Of a DNA stretch of 64,000 bases, positions 61,196 to 64,000 are shown one piece after another. The notes under the pieces are model-generated. The model did not search any database and was not told where the DNA came from. It saw nothing but the letters and a program-made list of their open reading frames with translations. A program made the position numbers and the translations under genes. Position 1 is the stretch's first letter; each line of letters begins with the position of its first letter. The DNA is taken from assembly GCA_043818055.1 (NCBI GenBank), contig JBDRGF010000159.1, positions 1 to 64,000 of the forward strand, written 5' to 3'. The stretch is from Pseudomonadota bacterium. GTDB lineage: Bacteria > UBA10199 > 2-02-FULL-44-16 > JBDRGF01.

Positions 61196-61393
61196 TAAAT
61201 CCTTGATTCCTGCAATTTTTAGCAGGGCTTTTTGCAAACCGACTTTCAAAGGCCTATTGCCATGTATCGGCAAACTTATTCGTTCTCTCTATCCATCCTT
61301 CATAAATATATGATGGCTGCCGTGTATCCTCTTTAACATCCAGCCGTTATTTTCCAACAATTCTACCATTTCTTTACCTGATAGGGCTTTCAT
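61193..61393 (-). pseudogene. hicA: HicA toxin with in-frame TAG at codon 35
   Basis: Hand translation: MKALSGKEMVELLENNGWMLKRIHGSHHIFMKDG*RERISLPIHGNRPLKVGLQKALLKIAGIKDL; ATG overlaps the hicB stop. Confidence 0.88.
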
Positions 61394-61593
61394 ACAGCAA
61401 TTTCCAGCACTTCTGCTTTATCATGATTCTCTCCCTCATCAACATCGACAGACAAACAACCTTCCACTGCCTCGTATATATTACTTAGCAACTCTTCCCA
61501 AGTGTCGCCTTGCGTGATACAGCCCGGAACAGCCGGCACTTCCGCCCAATATCCACCCTCCTCCGCTTTGTGAACGACTACCTTTATCTTCAT
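61390..61593 (-). CDS. hicB: HicB family antitoxin (short form)
   Basis: EEGGYWAEVPAVPGCITQGDTWEELLSNIYEAV. Confidence 0.92.
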   Translation of the reverse strand: MKIKVVVHKAEEGGYWAEVPAVPGCITQGDTWEELLSNIYEAVEGCLSVDVDEGENHDKAEVLEIAV

Positions 61594-61638
61594 TATCTCA
61601 CCCTCCCCCTGTTTATCATTTTTATTTTGTGGTTTTCA

Positions 61639-61764
61639 TCAAAATTTTGAATACACCTTCATGATCTCTTGTGCATATTTGACCGATTGTTCAACTTCGT
61701 TTCTTTATATTTCATCTTCCGCATCCAGCCAATTCTCAGACTTCTGATATAACTCATATAGATT
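61639..61764 (-). pseudogene. C-terminal relic of a paralog of the MNT-HEPN fusion (60370-61101)
   Basis: NLYELYQKSENWLDAEDEI*RNEVEQSVKYAQEIMKVYSKF aligns with YLYKLFQKSENWMDDEHEITRKEAEQAVEYAQEIMRVYSHV. Confidence 0.85.
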
Positions 61765-61765
61765 C

Positions 61766-61815
61766 AGAGGCTTGAAGTCAGAAGCTAGAAGTCAGAAGTC
61801 AGAAGCTAGAGGTCA
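61766..61815. repeat. Heptamer array 2 (7 units)
   Basis: agaggct tgaagtc agaagct agaagtc agaagtc agaagct agaggtc. Confidence 0.92.
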
Positions 61816-62032
61816 GAGGGGGGAAGTTGCTATCGTTCCCTTTTTGTAATTGACTTTGACTTCAAATCGTCTGAAGAAGTCCAATCCTATCAGCACCTTT
61901 ATTCCCCAAGATTGGTCGAAGTGCGAGACATAGAATTGCATCAAACTTATGCCATCTGCCATCCCTGGTTGTGACAAAAACCGGAAGAAATATGTAGCGC
62001 GCGCTCGTATCAAAAGTGGTGATGTTCGGCAT
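61813..62032 (-). pseudogene. Retropepsin-like aspartyl protease with internal deletion removing the catalytic DTG motif
   Basis: MPNITTFDTSARYIFLPVFVTTRDGRWHKFDAIL, then a shift to FYVSHFDQSWGIKVLIGLDFFRRFEVKVNYKKGTI. AIL normally precedes DTGA, and LIGLDFF is the C-terminal signature. Confidence 0.7.
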
Positions 62033-62252
62033 GAGCTCTCCATCCGCCGGGGAATTTGCTTTCGCCGGTGTACTTAAAAGTGCAATCCTTATCAGGTGCC
62101 GGAGGACTAAAAACATCCTGATCGTTCTTTGAGTGTCGTTCAACAATACCGGAGATGAGCCGGCCGGATTCATCTTCATCACAATCAACAATCATAAGCC
62201 ACTCATCCGGAAAGGCCTTCTTCATCTCTTCCCAACTCATTTTCTGTCCCAT
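62010..62252 (-). CDS. Small DUF5678-like protein (usual upstream partner of aspartyl-protease genes)
   Basis: MSWEEMKKAFPDEWLMIVD...HSKNDQDVF...FKYTG pattern; RBS GGAG; overlaps the protease start. Confidence 0.6.
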   Translation of the reverse strand: MGQKMSWEEMKKAFPDEWLMIVDCDEDESGRLISGIVERHSKNDQDVFSPPAPDKDCTFKYTGESKFPGGWRAHAEHHHF

Positions 62253-62288
62253 GATTTTCTCCCAATGGAAATTTATATTGCGATATAC

Positions 62289-62401
62289 AAAAGCAAGAAG
62301 TCAGAGGCAAGAAGTCAGAAGTTAGAAGTTAGAGGTCAGAAACAAGAAGTCAGAAGTCAGAAGTCAGAAGCAAGAAGCTAGGAGTCAGGGGCCGGAAGTC
62401 A
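62289..62401. repeat. Heptamer array 3 (about 16 units)
   Basis: aaaagca agaagtc agaggca agaagtc agaagtt agaagtt agaggtc agaaaca agaagtc x3 agaagca agaagct aggagtc aggggcc ggaagtc. Confidence 0.95.
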
Positions 62402-62773
62402 ACCGTAGGTTTGCCAGTTGTTTAAGAGTCCCCATAACATTTTGCCGATTTCATCTTAGTTTTCATAACATCCTTGGTAAGTTGCCTCATCGATATATTT
62501 GCACTTGCTTGCGAAATCAAGCCATACCTTAACGTCTTCGCATGAACCGATAGAATCCAACAGATGCCTTTTAAATACATTTTCAAATCGCCTTTTGGCC
62601 CAACATTCTGCAATATTGGCTGGAATTGATCTCGACGATCTTCTCATTTGATCTATCAAACTATAGCGTTCTTCCTTTGGAAATTTACCGGTCAATCTGA
62701 ATATACCCATCGCAGATTCGAAAGATTTCGTAAAAACGACCAAATCTTTACATGTTTTTATCTTCTCTTGCAT
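62399..62773 (-). pseudogene. Four helix bundle protein (23S rRNA-IVS protein / TIGR02436 family) with premature TAA
   Basis: KDLVVF...FPKEERYSLIDQMRRSSRSIPANIAECW...GSCED; TAA at 62456-62458 is followed in frame by DEIGKMLWGLLNNWQTYG*. Confidence 0.88.
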
Positions 62774-62817
62774 CTGGCTTCTTGCTTCTGACTTCTTGCT
62801 TCTTGCCTCTGGCTTCT
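62774..62817. repeat. Heptamer array 4 (6 units, inverted relative to arrays 1-3)
   Basis: Minus strand reads AGAAGCC AGAGGCA AGAAGCA AGAAGTC AGAAGCA AGAAGCC AG-ATG. Confidence 0.92.
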
Positions 62818-62820
62818 GCG

Positions 62821-62871
62821 ACTTTCAGTTAGCTTTTATCTAATTGTTTCAATATGCGTATCTATTGGCTG
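62821..62871 (-). pseudogene. N-terminal relic of a paralog of the MNT-HEPN fusion
   Basis: QPIDTHIETIR*KLTES versus QPIDTHIETIRQKLTES in 60370-61101; near-identical DNA. Confidence 0.85.
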
Positions 62872-62906
62872 TCAGTTGAAAAAAATAAATTACAGATGTT
62901 GGTTTA

Positions 62907-64000
62907 TCAGTCCTTTTTTATCACTTTCCAGTGACCACCCTTATCGGGGCCAACACGTTCTATAAATCCTTTTAATTTTAACTTCTTCAGGTTTTCCTCA
63001 ATTTTCCTCTGTGAAATTCCAACAAACGTTGCCAGTTCATTTGCAGAAACATGAGGTTTTTCCCTAATTGTTTTGAGAATTTTAGCCTGGTTTCCCGTTA
63101 CCTTTTCTCCGACCTTTTCTCCGACCTTTTCTCCGACCTTTTTAGACCTATTATAAACAGTGACCAAAAACCCCCCACCCTGTACATCAAACTTTGGAGA
63201 AGGAAGTTTTCTATCGGCAAATGAATCAAATACGCGTTTTATTCCGGAACCATATTTTTCCATTATCTTCAGCTCTTTAAACATTGTTGCAATCTGCTTG
63301 TTTCTTATCTCCGATTTATAATTCCCTTTCACCAGCTGTTCAACAGTAAGCGGTCCCATCAATTTTCCTGGATTGTAAAATTCCATTCGATCACTAAGAC
63401 GAACTTGAGTAGTCGCGATGAACGACCATGTTTATTACCAGCTCTCTAAGTGCATCCAAAGGATAATCCCAAACCTCATCTCTTTGTGGCTTTCCAGTTA
63501 TAACATATGCCTTATTGATGTGCTTGGTTATAAAATGCATCACTTCATCAACTTCTGAAAGCACATCCGTTCTAACCGTTGTACCATCTTTGATAAGTGT
63601 CTCCGTCTGAAATCTGCCCAGTTCAATCGTGCTTAATATCGACCACTCTTTCATAAAAAGTAGAAAACACGCCTTCGATATTTTTTTATCACGCAACAAC
63701 TCATACTTTTTTAGAAACGTAATAGGGTCATCCGTAATTGGATATTCTCTGTTTCTATTTGCTCTTTCAATGAACAGCACAACCTTATCCAGAGAAATAT
63801 CATTTATTGTATGATTGCTGTCCTCATAATAATCCCAGCTAGAATTAAATGTTTTGAGATGCATATTGACGACTTCATTTATATTCAGAAGATGATTAGA
63901 ATTTTTGACCCGTTTGTAATATCTGCCTCTGAACGCCACCGGTTTTATCGGATATTCAATCGTATTTATAACAGCTATCAATTTTCCACCGCGTTTTTTA
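62907..64000 (-). pseudogene. Second AlbA_2/HATPase/HTH-type 'ATP-binding protein', frameshifted near 63390; 5' end beyond the window
   Basis: DYPLDALRELVINMVVHRDYSSSS* then, in another frame, SDRMEFYNPG...EKYGSG...HTH...GPDKGGHW; the usual short linker appears deleted. Confidence 0.8.
63100..63142 (-). repeat. Coding 12-bp tandem repeat x3.5 (KVGE)
   Basis: accttttctccg x3 plus a partial unit on +. Confidence 0.9.

Noticed and set aside
62133..62381. Plus-strand 82-aa ORF (SEARSQKLEVR...)
   Set aside because: It is a translation of heptamer array 3 and is antisense to a better-supported gene.
62399..62773. Diversity-generating retroelement (Avd-like protein)
   Set aside because: No reverse transcriptase and no template/variable repeat pair with adenine-specific mismatches in the window.
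61125..62817. CRISPR array
   Set aside because: Units are 7-bp tandem repeats with no unique spacers, and no cas genes are present.
61193..62871. Alternative genetic code explaining the in-frame stops
   Set aside because: Both TAA and TAG interrupt genes here, intact genes in the window end with TAA, TAG and TGA, and neighbouring lesions are deletions. Decay is the simpler explanation.
1..64000. rRNA, tRNA, riboswitch or JUMPstart/ops elements
   Set aside because: None recognised by eye; a covariance-model search (Infernal/Rfam, tRNAscan-SE) would be needed to exclude them.

Overview
AT-rich bacterial DNA, probably from a diderm organism (Wzx/Wzy/Wzz and SLBB export genes). It has three parts. 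(1) 1-2300: a plus-strand GT4/polysaccharide deacetylase/flippase-like operon. (2) About 3-59.5 kb: a very large minus-strand surface-glycan locus headed by dxs-lhgO-rmlACDB. It carries a GDP-heptose pathway, eight radical SAM enzymes (four with B12-binding-like N-termini, five in one tandem run), two sugar C-methyltransferases, three DegT aminotransferases, an fnlA/fnlC-like pair lacking fnlB, a bacillosamine-type initiation module with an embedded 3-hydroxybutyryl-CoA dehydrogenase, and wzx/wzy/wzz/SLBB. A truncated gmhA and an IS3-like relic mark an internal junction near 49 kb. (3) 59.5-64 kb: a decaying island of toxin-antitoxin-type genes punctuated by four AGAAGNN heptamer arrays. One array abuts the ATG of a four-helix-bundle gene. 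Three arrays of the opposite orientation each begin exactly at the TGA stop of a small gene. Two of these units sit between the N- and C-terminal relics of a duplicated MNT-HEPN gene. This repeat-bounded cassette architecture and the radical-SAM-rich glycan module are the most notable features. All family assignments come from motif recognition by eye; no database search was run.
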